A stretch of 64,000 nucleotides of DNA from Moniliella sp. 'wahieum' (taxonomy: Eukaryota), in assembly GCA_003971905.1 (NCBI GenBank), contig RSEE01000046.1:1-64000 (forward strand), given 5' to 3'. Below, piece after piece: positions 11,897-23,988 of this stretch. Below the pieces are notes generated by a model. That model saw only the letters and a list, made by a program, of their open reading frames with translations, searched no databases and had not been told where the DNA came from. How positions within the stretch are numbered: position 1 is the first letter of the stretch; each line of letters opens with the position of its first letter. The position numbers were made by a program, and so were the translations under genes.

Positions 11897-12956
11897 ATGA
11901 ACCCTCAACAGAACCCCGGTGGAAACCCCCAGGCACCCTCGTGGGAAACCTTTCACGCGGCTCAGTCAATGGACGTCGAAGCTGATCTCCAGGGTCGTCG
12001 TCCGGGTCGTCAAATTCGCTACACCGATCTACCGACCTTCACGGCAAACCTCGACGAATGCGCAAATCGAATTGTGGCTTTACAGGTGCAAAGTGCTGTG
12101 TGATCGGAACGGTATTACCAACGATCGGGAAGTGATCCACGAGGCTGTGTTCCATTTCACCGGTGATGCTGAGAAGTGGGTCTCAGGGGATATACACGAC
12201 ATCTTTGCCTCCACGCCCAGCGCTAATCTCAAACAAGAGTTCGCAACATGGGGGAACTTCCGCGCAGCAATGCTTCGCCAGTTTGGCAATCCGCAAGAAG
12301 CTTATCGCGCTTACGAAAAGCTTGAACGCCTAAAGGTTGGAACACAAGGTGTGGTACACTACAACGCCACATTCCGTTCGCTCAAATCAGCCTTGGGTTC
12401 AGAAGAATTCAGTGGAGAACGCGGCGAGACAAACTTCACACTCATCGTTTCTACCGATCGGGTCTACCTGCCGATTGGAAGAAACTATTGATTCCGGTGA
12501 TGCATGCTCAGCCGAACCGCCTCTCTAACTGGATGGACAAAGCGTTGGATATGGAAAATGAGCTGAAGTTGGCCCGCACGGCACGCGGCCAGGGTCAAAC
12601 CAGCAAATCCAATCAGCCCTTTCGATCGGGCCCTCGGCGGACCCCGGGGCGTCCAACAACGACAAACGAACGCTACACTGCGTCCACCAACACGTCGAGT
12701 ACCGCCGCCTCAGGGTCGGACGGATACGAACCGATGGAGCTCGACGCAATCCAAGTGGGTCGCAACAGCAAGAACAACAGCAGCAGCAGCAACCGCAACA
12801 ACGCGAAAAGCGTTACCTCTCTCGCCTTTCCCCTTTCCAACGACAGCTGCACCAGGAAGGGCGCTGCTTTCGTGCAAGACGAAAGGGCACCGTGCACCGG
12901 AATGCCCTAACTCCCTCGTCTCAGAAGAGGAGTACCTCTCTGCGCACCAAAACTAA
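11897..12956 (+). CDS. Retrotransposon Gag (capsid-like region plus CCHC zinc knuckle), frameshifted
   Basis: AVFHFTGDAEKW..TWGNFRAAMLRQFG..AYEKLERLK; EPMELD; zinc knuckle CF(R)CKTKGHRAPECP across an indel near 12864-12907. Confidence 0.85.
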
Positions 12957-15900
12957 GGGGGCTTCCACACCCTCGGCTGTCCAGGTCGGAGCACTCGGCC
13001 GGAGGAGAACCTCTCATCCGGACTAGAGTTCAGCTTCGGCAGGACAACACCAAGGCAACCGGTACCGCCTTGGTCGACTCAGGGGCCTCTGCGTCGTTCA
13101 TCTCACCGACGTTTGCTGCCCGGTTTGGACTCCGTTTCCAAAACCTCAAAGAACCTCAGAGGGTACGTCTAGCCGATGGCACTTCACTTGCGGGTGGGGA
13201 CATCACCCAGTTCACAAACTGTAGAGTTGACCGTTGGCGACCACGTTTGCTCACACTCCTTTTCGCTTGTCCTCTACCTTCACAGCCCTGATTCTTGGCT
13301 ATGATTTCCTCAGGACTCACAACCCACTCGTTAACTGGGTTACACGCTCGCTTTCTTTCGTGTGCCACAAGGCTGCTAAGCTTGTCGGTCCAGACCCCGG
13401 CAAGCAGGCCACGACGAAAGCACCGGATCAACCTCGTCGCTCGCCAACGATCTCGCTCTGTTCAATGGCGAACGCGATGAGAGCTTTGAGGGAGGACCCC
13501 GATGCAGAGATTGGCCGCATCACCCCTAAGCCTCGAAGTGGTAACCGAACCACACTTACGCATCAACTCTGCCCAATTCGCGGGGGCGGAGGGGATTCGA
13601 CTGGCACCGAGGAGGAGGAACCTTTCCCCCTCTTCCCCGAAGATGCCCCAGCTTGGACGGAAGAAGAAACAATTGCACGGGAATTGCCTCAGGAGTACAA
13701 GGACTTCCCAGATGTCTTTTCCGTCCACCGAGCGAACCGTTTACCTCCCCACCGACCAGGTTTTGACCATACCATCGAGACCCAAGACGGCGCCAAACCA
13801 AGTTCTCACGCGCATACCCCTTGTCCCGGGATGAGACCGAAGCCCTCAGGGCCTGGATTAAGGAGAACCTCGAAAGAGGATTTATCCGCCGGTCTCGTTC
13901 ACCGTGGGGCGCGCCTGTATTCTACATCAAGAAGAAGAATGGGACCTACGTCTCTGGTTAACTACAAAGGTCTTAACTCGGTCTCGGTCAAGCACCAGGT
14001 CGCTCTGCCATCATGGCGGATGCGTTGGACAGCCTACAAGGGTCGAAAATCTTTACTTCGCTTGACCTGCGTGGCGCGTTCAATCTGGTCCGTGTGACGG
14101 AGGAAGACGTCCCCAAAACTGCTTTCGTGACAACGATGGGGACGTACGAGAGCCTTGTGATGAACTTTGGCATGACGAATGCGCCAGCAACGTTCACGTC
14201 TTTGATGAACTCGATCTTCCGCGACTTGGTCGCAAGGCCTGGTTCGGGAGTGGTTTGTTTTATCGATGACATCCTCTGCTATGCTGCAACGGAAGAGGAA
14301 ACACACGGCTCTTGTACGGAGGTTCTGACTCGACTCCGAGAGAACAAACTTACGCCTCTGGAGAAATGTCGGTTCCACCAACCCTCTTGCGCCTATCTCG
14401 GTTATGTGGTCGATGCAGAGGGAGTCCATGTCGACCTTACCAAGGCCAAGGCGTTGCAGAATGGCCCACTCCCAAATCGGTTAGAGACATTCGTGTCTTT
14501 ATGGGAGCGGCAAACTTCTTGCGTCGATTTGTGCGCGGGTTCAGCCAGTTGGCTCCCCCTCAACGACCTATTGAAGAAGAGTCAACCCTTGAATGGCTTG
14601 AGAAGCATGAGGAAAGCTTCTCAGCGTTGAAGGTTGCATTGACTACTAACCCGGTCCTGCGCCACTTCGACTCCGAACTGGAGACTCGGGTCGAAAGGAC
14701 GCTTCGGACTATGCCCTTGGGGCCGTTTGGCACAAAAAACATGACGACCAGCGGGCATCCCGCTGCCTATTACTCCAGGACCTCACCGGTGCAGAACGCA
14801 ATTACACCGTTGGAGAAAAGAACTGCTCGCTGTCCTGGAGGCGCTGCGTTACTGGAGGCACCATGTCGTATCGGTCCCCTCAGTCATTGTTTAAGGACCA
14901 TGCCAACCTCACTGCCTTTACCGCGCCCAAACGTCTGGCTCGTCGCCAAGCGCGGTGGCATGAGGAAATTCGGCCTTCAACATTCATCTTCAGTACGGCC
15001 CGGTGGAAGCAACGTTATCGCAGACGCTTGAGTCGCCGCCGGACTACGTCGGACCGTGGCGGATGACTGCTTGGCCAAGAGCGACCCCTTGGTTCCACTG
15101 TCTATCGGACCTGAGGGCCAATCAACCACCGGTACCCCACTGAAGTTGGCTGCAATGCTTTGGACACTCACCTAGCCTGAGGGGGGGGTTGAGAAACGCC
15201 TACACCACCCGAAGACACTCCGCTGCTCGCAAGTCTACGAGAGCCTGCTGCCAGATGATGCAATATCGCGAGATCTGTGCCGCGCTGGAGGAAGAGCTCT
15301 ACAGCGGAAGGATGGCGCTTGTCCAATGGGTTGCTGTACCACGGAGAACAAGTCTACGTGCCGACAGTGATGGCCTTCGACGCCGGATCTTGGCACACGC
15401 ACACGACAAGGGAGACTGCTGGCCACCCAGGGCGGGACAAAACCTTTGATCTCGTCCATCGGCACTGGTTCTGGATTGGCAGTACGAGTATGTACGCAAA
15501 CTATGTCGTGGTTGTCTTGAGTGCCAGCGAACAAGCATCGGCGTCACGCTCAACAAGGATACCTTATGCCCCTGCCTACCCCGACCGGCCTTCCAATCCT
15601 TGGCAATGGACCATATCGTTGGCCTACCTCGGTCGGATGGGTACGATGCATTTTGGTGGTGGTCGATCGCTTTTCCAAGTACTGCACCTTCATCCCAGCC
15701 AGTACGCAGGATAATGCCCAACCTTGTGCGACCAGCTTGAAAAGCACGTGTTCTCTCTCGTGGCTACCCGGAAGAATTGGTGTCGGACCGTGGCCCTACC
15801 TTCACCAGTTCCTCTTCCGCGACTTCCTCGCTCTCCATGGCATTCGCTCGTGTCTAGGCTCAGGACTTTGGCCTCAGACATCTGGTCAAAGCAGAACGAG

Positions 15901-16698
15901 CCAAACCAGAACTCGAAACGTACTTGCGGTTCTACATCGACGGTTCTAAAACCAACGGGCTACTCGATTGCCCGCCGCCGAGTTCGCTGCAAACAATGCC
16001 GTGAGCGCCAGCACCAGGAACAAACTCCCTTCAAGTTGATCCTGGGCTACGAACCTCGCTCCTCTCTCTCCGCTCCCTCCCTTTCGCCTCCCGACTTCGT
16101 TGATGCCCGCTCCGAGGCGATTGGTTGGTAAAGCTGCTGCCTGTCTTGCCGAAGCTGCTAAGCGCCATCAACACTACGCCAATCAGCGCCGCACGGCTTC
16201 GCCTGACTTGCACCCAGGAGACATGGTTTTGGTCGAACACACCCGCATGGCAGCCGGACGCTCTACTTCTACGTTGGATCCCCTACCTTGGGCCCTTCAA
16301 AGTTTTGGAGAAGGTCAATGACAATGCCTACCGGTTGGACTTGCCTCGCGACCTCCACACCATCAACCCCGTGGTGAATGTGGCCTATCTGGAACCTCTT
16401 CGACCTGACCGCGTCGACGCCCGCTCCCATCCCTGCCGTGCCGGAGCCAGAGATTGTCGACGGTCAGGAGGCCTACCGTGTCGAAGAGATTCTCGACTGT
16501 CGACGCGATGGACGGTCCTACTTCTACTTCGTGCGTTGGACTGGTTTCCCTGCCAGCCACAACGAATGGATCCCAACTTCGGAGCTCAGCCATGGAGCCC
16601 CAGCCGTGGTTGCTTTCCATCGCGACCACCCAGATGCCCCTTGCCCTACGGCACGCCGTCGGGGTGGACAAGTACCTACGAACAGCCAAGAAGCTTAG
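12957..16698 (+). CDS. Retrotransposon Pol: protease, RT, RNase H, integrase, chromodomain (frameshifted)
   Basis: LVDSGASASFIS and ILGYDFL (protease); LPPHRPGFDHTI, FTSLDLRGAFNLVRV, KTAFVT, MNFGMTNAPATF, FIDDIL (RT); NPVLRHFD (RH); AGHPGRDKT, ILVVVDRFSK, TPFKLILGYEP, GPFKVLEKV (IN); YRVEEILD..YFVRWTGF..NEW (chromodomain). Confidence 0.95.
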
Positions 16699-16699
16699 T

Positions 16700-16710
16700 A
16701 GGGGGGGTAA
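16700..16710 (+). promoter_or_regulatory. Polypurine tract
   Basis: AGGGGGGGTAA immediately before the 3' LTR. Confidence 0.85.
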
Positions 16711-17477
16711 TGTCACGGGGCGATGTCTGAACTACCTTGCACAGCCGCCTCCACTTCCTTATCGTTTCTATCGCTTCTCGGCTTCTTCCACCATCTCGCC
16801 TATCTCGACTCGTTTTCTTCTCTTTCGCTATCTTGACTCGGATCGTCTTCCTATCAACAAAACCCACAACTATCTTGGTTTCTCCGCTCGCGCTCGTCTA
16901 AAATCCAAAACAAACACATGGTTTCTCGACTTAGTTTCTCGCCTCGTTTCTCGTCTCGGGTCCATTTTGCCCTTGACCCTCGTCTCGTCTCTCGCCTCGT
17001 CCCTCTCGCGTTGGTTCTTTCCTTCCCTTGGCTCGTTTCCCCTTTTGCTCTGTAGACCTCTTGGTCTTGCTTTGTCCCCTTTCTCTTCTATAAAACCTGC
17101 CTGTTCTTAGATCCAATGATGATGGCCCAAGCCGCCGACCATTCTTTCCCCTTCACCCTTCTTCTAGGCTCTCCACTTCTAGAAGGAACACCTCTCGCAC
17201 CGCTCGCTCGCCCTCCCTCGCCCATCGGAGCACACTGCTTTCGCGTCCAGCCCTATACACGCAACCTCAGCTCGCAGACCGCTGCACCTTTCGCAACCTC
17301 TACTTGCCGACCGCTGCACAGGCTCTGCTCGACGCACCGTAAAGCATCACTCACGACCCTCCTACGTTCACGCCAGTGAGCCTTGGACTTTGGATCTGAA
17401 ACGCGTTCAGTCCTCCGTGAGTACTGTCTCCGATGGGCAGGGAAGGTCTCCGCCTGGGAAACCAGCCACCCGTCACA
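16711..17477 (+). repeat. 3' LTR (767 bp)
   Basis: Direct repeat of the 5' LTR, differing at about seven sites that are essentially all small indels. Confidence 0.97.
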
Positions 17478-20329
17478 GTTTGGGCAGGTGGCGAGAGAGA
17501 AAAGTATGGTCCGACGTGTATTTTCCCGTTCTACACTGCAGACAAAAGTGATGAGCTGTGTAGTACAGTATAGCATACAAGGTCGCCGAATGTCATGGCT
17601 GAGAAGCAAGCAAGTGAGAGAAAACGTGTTGGCCATATACCCCAAAGGATATGTTAATCGTCGGCGTGTCCTTACTTGGATGCATCGCTGACGACAACAC
17701 GTCAAACTATGGAGATGGGGATGGAGCCGAGCTACCTTTTTCTACTGACGGTGAGTTCTTCGATCTCTTTCCTATATCTACTCTGCTACATAATTAGAGT
17801 CGTGGACCAATTGGATAAGGCACACCGTCATACGATTCGGGAACGGGCCAGGAAGGGTGGTGTACACACACGTACGATGCACGAGGCGAAAGGCGGGGAG
17901 GAGAGGGAGGGGTGGGGGTCTCAACCGGGGAGACGGAGGATATAGTGGGAGGAGAGAACTATCGGAGCCACCGAGAGGTCACAAAAAAGTGAACAGTCGA
18001 ACAAGGTACTTGACACACCGCAGACTTCGTGCTCTTCCGATGCCGTTTTGGCCTATCATGTGGGAAGAAGGTAGGCACGTCGATCAGGGCCACGACAAAG
18101 AGGTGGAGGCCACAGGCTCCAGGTTGGCCAAGTAGTGTGCATCCACCCCCATCACCTTGGTCAGCCAAGGGGGCCAGCACCTCCCCGTGTTATCCAGCGG
18201 GATCAGCTCGATATCCAGCACCCGGCTCGCGTGTTATGGGGCATTGGCCACGAAACACCGCTGCCAACTCATCAGCATCTTGGCCTTGACAATATGAGCT
18301 GCTCGCACATGGCTCGTTGAGCGACTCGCCTCCACGCACCACACGACCACGCTTCGCTGGTCCTTCTCCAGGCCGCTTCAATCGTCGTTTCTCTTGGTGG
18401 CGGTCTCATTCCGGGCCGTTGAAAAACTTGTTTTGCTGCTTCTTGGTCAGATGGTGGAGCGAGGCCTACACTTGCTGCGCTGCAAACTCCTGCAGTGTGT
18501 ATGGGAAGAAAGAACGGTGCCATGCCAGAAGGGACGGGGCCTGTTTCCATTCGTATGTGCACAATCTGGGGCCAAGGGGCGTAGGAGATCAGGGTGCGGG
18601 AGGAGGCACCCATCTGAAATTTGCTCTTCGTCATATGGCTCAGGCTCTCCACTGCCCTCCCGGTCGTCGAGGGCCATACACGGAAGTGCAGAGCTCGGAG
18701 GGTCGCCGTTGCTTACCGATGCAGCTTCGTTCAGCTCCTCCTCCGCCAATGTGGAGAGGGTGCGACGAACAAGAGGACTCAAGGTGTGGGCTTGGTGGTC
18801 TACTATTGATTGTGACCGCCTCGTCCTCTTCCTCGACTCGGGGACGGGGGGAAGAAATCGTCGTTCAGGCCAAACGGGCGTGGCGCGCCATGTTGATCAG
18901 GTCCTGCACCGGGGACTCATCGGCTCAGAGTATCCTCACTCACCTCCCCGTCCCACTCCTCGTCTGAAGATTCGGAGAGGAGGAGGCGTTGTCGTCCCAT
19001 TCTTTGGCTCCAAATTGTTGGATAGGTTGTTCAAACCGCTCGAGGATCGCGTCAGCTCGGCATTGAACATGGCGGTACGCTTCCGCTGCGCCCTGGCCTT
19101 CTGATCATGCACCTGTTGGGTACGTGCGGAAAAAGAACTCGTTCGCCGGGCATCTCCCCCCGCTAGCGGCGCAAAGTAGCCTTCAGCTTCGACTTCCACT
19201 TGGGCCCAGGTTTGCGGAGCGGTTTTGAGTGCAGCTGCTTGGTAGGACGGGGAGGTGCGAGTCCCCGTGTCCTCACCCTCATCCTCGTCCCGCAGGAACG
19301 ACATGAGCTGTGACATGAGCTGTGACACGCGCTGTGATAGGGCTGTGACATGGATGTGACATGGGACATGGGACGCATCCCCATGGGGAACGCGGAGTTG
19401 AAATGTGCAATGCGAGCCCGCAGCGGGTCGTCGGTACGCCGACAAAAGAGCGCGGCTGGAGACTGGCTCGCTTGTGGCGTCATGCCCAACGCTCGCGCCA
19501 TTGCCCACCACCATCGCCGCCACACGGAACGACTTGGGGATGGAATGGTGCGGATGGGAAGCCATGCGACGCTTTTTTGTGGCCCCTGCGTGACCGCCTC
19601 CATCTGCCTCGCCGATTCCTGGGTCAAGGGCAACGGCGGATGAAAGCCCCAGGCCAGTTGCCGCGGAGTGACAAGCCCCCGTTCATGGTACCAAAAGGCC
19701 CACGTCAACAAGACCACCCGGCCACATGTCCACTTGTCCAACCCAGATTTCCAACGATACGTCGAACCGCACAGGCCAAACCTTTCGGTTGGCGATTGTA
19801 ACGTGCTATATCAAGGCTCAGTGTGTCTGATCGAGAAAACGTGTTTGATTCTGTAAGCGCAGACCGAAAGGAGATCGATCGCAGCCGGAAACGGAGGAGA
19901 ATGGAGGTTGTCCCTCCTTCGTCCGAGAAACGGGGAGAGGATCAGGGTACTTGTGATGGTGGCGAGCAGCCCACACATGCAAAAGCCGTCATTCATCAAG
20001 GGGAGACATTGTCCCTGCAGCGGAGCCTGAAAAGAGAGCGCCCGACCTCTGGCCATCAGCCTTGGGTGCCCGATGGGAGGCCCGCCCCCAGCATTTCTTG
20101 GGATGATAACCCGTGTGGTACGAGCACGCCACGACAGGACCCGACCGAGCCGGTGTCGATCGCATTTGGGCATGGCAGAGGGGTGAGGTGGCACGACCCA
20201 CTTCGGTGCGGACGATCTGTTGGGGACGAGACAAGGTGCCACTGCGAGCCGCTTCAGTGCTGGCGACCAGAAAAGGGGTGGCCGGAACCAGGCGATGCGA
20301 TTTGGCCCATTCAGTCTCGGTTGACGGCG

Positions 20330-20600
20330 GGGGCATGGAAAAAGTGTAGGTACTGGGGCGCATACATGTTCATCGCAGAACGTGGGCGCTCTTCAAAAGC
20401 CAACCCACGCTTTTCCTTATGTTGCGGTCAAGGTATGTTTCATCTCTCTCCTCCTGTATTGTTCCACCCATCTAACCCTTCCATTGAACAGTGGCCTTCT
20501 CTTCGTGTTGCCAAGTATGACCATCGCTTTGCCAGTGCCATTGGGGGAGTGTATTCTTTCGTCCTTAACGGCACGGCCTACGCTGCCATTGGACCCCTGG
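20330..20600 (+). mobile_element. Degenerate Helitron Rep/helicase N-terminal fragment
   Basis: GGMEKV/CRYWGAYMFIAERGRSSKANPRFSLCCGQG resembles the Helitron N-terminal Cys-rich motif. AFSS/VAKYD..GGVYSFVLNGTAYAAIGPL resembles the following AFTS.G..D..G.YxFxxxGxxYxxIGSL block. No Rep or helicase core follows. Confidence 0.6.
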
Positions 20601-21537
20601 CGTTCATCAACAAAGGCCAAGCAGAATGGAGGAGAAAACCTACCTCCACAAGTGGCGCCGCGACGGCGCACGATCCGTCGATCTGGGCCGGTTTGGCCAC
20701 CGTGGGAATGGCGGCATTGGCGCTCATCGAAGTACCAGCGGGCACACGGATGATTGGCGGGCGGAAGTGGGGCAAGCCACTGGAGATGGCTACCTGCCGT
20801 TGCAATGCCTGTGCCACAGCGACGATGGGGGCGTGGCGCTGAGCCTCCTGTTGGGCCCACCAGGTTGAGGAGCCGTGCAGGTCCCAGCGAACGAGCTGGT
20901 TGTGGCTAGGGTCGTCGTGCTCTTTGGCGTCGCCATCGTCACTGACGAGGGCAGCCCGGTCATCGGCCGCGGGAGCGGAAGGCGGGAGGTCAAGAGAGGC
21001 TGCGGGTCGGAGTCGGCAAAAAGCTGGAGGCAGTCGGCCGGGGTGGTGTCGAGCCAGTCGGTTGCAGCTGCGTACAGCTGACGAACGACGACGGCGCCAA
21101 CGGCAACGGCCAGGCGCGCACGAGCGGTGCGGGCAATCGATGCGCCGCCTGTCTTCCCCTTCCAGGGCCTTCGGTCGTTCGTCCTGCGACATGGTCCCTG
21201 CGGACGGGAACCTCTGTGAAGAGGACACACAGCTCGTTCGTCACCTCGGCACGATTGGGACGAGAAGAACAAGAACTGCACCACAACAGGAAACACTGCA
21301 TGAGGGGGCGGCGAGGCCAGAGGCCACAATGGTCGTCCTTGAAGCTGTCGGAACCCGTCAGAGTCTGTCAGATCACCATTCTCTTCCTCTAACCACATCT
21401 CCTCGCCATCGTCCTTTGTGTGTCTTGCCGCACATGCGCATAGACGCGGAGAGCTTCATATGTTCCTCGACTATTCTCACGTCGGCGGATGACCGTGAGG
21501 TGACCGGTGACCGGTCAGGTGACCAGAGTGATCAGAG

Positions 21538-21603
21538 TGACTAGTGACATGTAACCTGTGAAATGTGAAATGTGAAATGTGAAATGTGAAATGTGAAATG
21601 TGA
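21538..21603 (+). repeat. 7-nt-period TGA array including (TGAAATG)6
   Basis: TGA at 21538, 21545, (TAA 21552), 21559, 21566, 21573, 21580, 21587, 21594, 21601. Confidence 0.92.
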
Positions 21604-21724
21604 ATCTGCGGGGGCGGAAGGACTCGCGGAATTGGCAGGCATTGCGTGGCCCAAAGCGGCAGCTAAGCATGTCCAACGGCGCGCCAGGCCGTGATTGCTG
21701 TCGCCCAGTCAACCACTGGTCCAC

Positions 21725-22777
21725 ATGCCTACCACCACAGCCGAGACGGTTGCCCTGTCCAACACCACCGTCATTGTCCACCCGCTGGTTCTGCTCAGTG
21801 TGGCTGATCATGCGGCGCGGAGTGCAACGGGTGCGCGCAAGCGCTGCGTTGGCGTGTTGCTCGGCCAAGATGATGGCCACGTAGTCAACGTTGCCAACTC
21901 GTTTGCGGTGCCGTTTGAGGAGGACGACCACGACCCCAAAACTTGGTTTTTGGACCACAATTACATCCTTGGCATGAACGACATGTTCAAAAAGGTCAAT
22001 GGTGTGTACCCTTTCTGGTGTCCCCGCGCAACGAAGGCACTGACAATTGGGCCCGCACGATAGCCAAGGAGAAGATGATTGGGTGGTACCACACGGCCCG
22101 ACGACTGCGTTCGTCGGACCTGGAGATTAATGAGCTTATGAAACGCATCATCCAACGCCCTGTCATGGTTATCATTGACCCACGGCAGCGGGAAGCCGGC
22201 TTGCCCACCAACGCCTACTTTGCCGTGGAGGAGATTAAGGATGATGGCACGACAACCGAAGCTACCTTTATGCATGTCCCATCCGAGATCCAGGCCGAGG
22301 AGGCGGAGGAGATTGGGGTCGAACATCTGCTTGGGACGTGCGGGACACCACGTCGGTGGGGACCCTGTCGACGCGGGTAGAGGACCGGTTGGTGGGACTG
22401 CGAGGCCTGCAGGGCCGCTTAGTGGAGATCCGGGATTACCTGCAAGATGTCGTGGCGGGTCGGATGCCAGTCAACCACCAAATCATTTACAACCTGCAAG
22501 ATATTTTCAACTTGCTACCCAACCTGGATCTGCCCCCGCTCCAACGCGCCCTGACGGCAGCGAACAATGACCAACTGTTGGTCGTCTACCTCTCGTCCCT
22601 GATTCGTTCTGTCATTGCCCTCCATGGCTTGGTGGACAACCGCATGGACAATGCTCGTGGGGATGATGATGATGCCGATGTGCAGGCGCCCGCGGGGAGG
22701 AGGAGACGGGCAAGGAGGAGTCCAAGGACGCCAAGGACAAGCCATCCGATGCTTCGGCCAAGCCAGAGTCCAAGTAA
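21725..22777 (+). CDS. RPN8: 26S proteasome lid subunit Rpn8 (MPN domain)
   Basis: [79 protein letters not shown]. Intron 22002-22063. Confidence 0.96.
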
Positions 22778-23314
22778 CTAACTGTACAGTCGTTCGCCTC
22801 CCTTGGTTGGGAGACAATGCACATTGCGATGGTAACCAATGCGGTTGGCGTCATCCCGACTGTTGTTCTGTGTGGGTTGGAGCACTCTGGCAGCTGCTTA
22901 GGCCATAATAGGCGGCAGACGAGGGCGATGTTGTGGCCGGTAGAAGGCAGGAGGAGCAGGCAGGCCGCCCACCCAGTATGGCCAATTGAAACGTAAGATG
23001 CCCCACCGCCACCCGGCAGCCTACCAACCCCCACTGCAGTGGATCTCCGTGCCTTGCACAGGTGGCAGGTGGTGGGATGCATGAGGCATGAGGCACGGGT
23101 GATCACGCACGCACGCCAAATGAGGCCGTGCATCCTGACTGCCCCCCCGCCCGAGCGGATCTTCCTCCCGGCAGAAGGTCTGCGAGCAGCGCCCCCGTGC
23201 GGGACGAGCGACAACCCTAGCAGAACAATTCGGTGGGTTCGGAAGCAGTCTGGCCTCGCCGTCTTCCAGTCGCATCGCCCCACCACCACCTCCCCCCTCC
23301 CTTCTCTTCTCGCC

Positions 23315-23988
23315 ATGTCCGCCACGATTGAGGAAGTTACCGACGGCCTGCAGAACGCCCAGCTGGCTCAGGCTGGTTCGGACGTGGTTGTTTCGGAGCA
23401 GATTGTCAACCGTGCGGAGCGCAAGAGCCGCAAGGCCCTCCAGGGTCTCGGCTTGGAGCGCGTGCCCGCATCTCGCGCATCGCCATGCGCCGTGCCCGCG
23501 GTCACCTGTACGTGATCAGCAACCCGGAAGTGTACAAGTCGGCCACCGCCGACTCGTACGTCATCTTTGGTGAGGGCAAGGTCGAGGACCCCAACCAGCA
23601 GCTCGCTCTCCAGGCCGCCCAGCAGCAGCAGCAGCAGCAGCTCCTCCAGCTGCAGCAGGCTGCTGCCGCCGAGGTGCCGGCGGTGACTTCTCGGCCCAGG
23701 CCGAGGCGCTTCTGTCCGAGTCCAAGAAGCCCGAGGTGGCGGAGGAGACGAGGAGCCGCTGGACGCTGAGGGCCTGAACGAGTCGGACATTGAGCTGGTT
23801 ATGGTCCAGTCCAAGGCGTCGCGCAACCGTGCCATCAAGGCGCTCAAGTCTACCAACGGTGACCTGGTATGTTTTCTTGTCCTTTTTCTGTTTCTGTTTC
23901 TGTTTCTTTTTGCCTGTTGTCTTTGCCTCTGTGTGTTAGCTAACTCGGTCGTATTTCCAGATCAACGCCATCATGGAGCGACGCCTAA
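23315..23988 (+). CDS. EGD2: Nascent polypeptide-associated complex alpha subunit
   Basis: NRAERKSRKALQGLGL, YVISNPEVYKS, YVIFGEGKVED, UBA-like DIELVMVQSKASRNRAIKALK..GDL/INAIM. Intron 23867-23960. (CAG)n tract near 23620. Confidence 0.95.

Larger units (their letters stand above)
10959..17477 (+). mobile_element. Full-length Ty3/Gypsy chromovirus LTR retrotransposon
   Basis: Two near-identical LTRs with TG...CA ends, flanking GTTT direct repeat, PBS, PPT, and domain order gag-PR-RT-RH-IN-chromodomain. Confidence 0.98.

Noticed and set aside
20578..21434. Minus-strand ORFs with a possible C2H2-like CPHRSC...HH
   Set aside because: The motif assembles only across assumed frameshifts; too weak to call
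21501..21545. Helitron 3' end (hairpin plus CTAG|T)
   Set aside because: The spacer is 23 nt, and such palindromic words are common in this window's intergenic DNA; better explained by the TGA-register array
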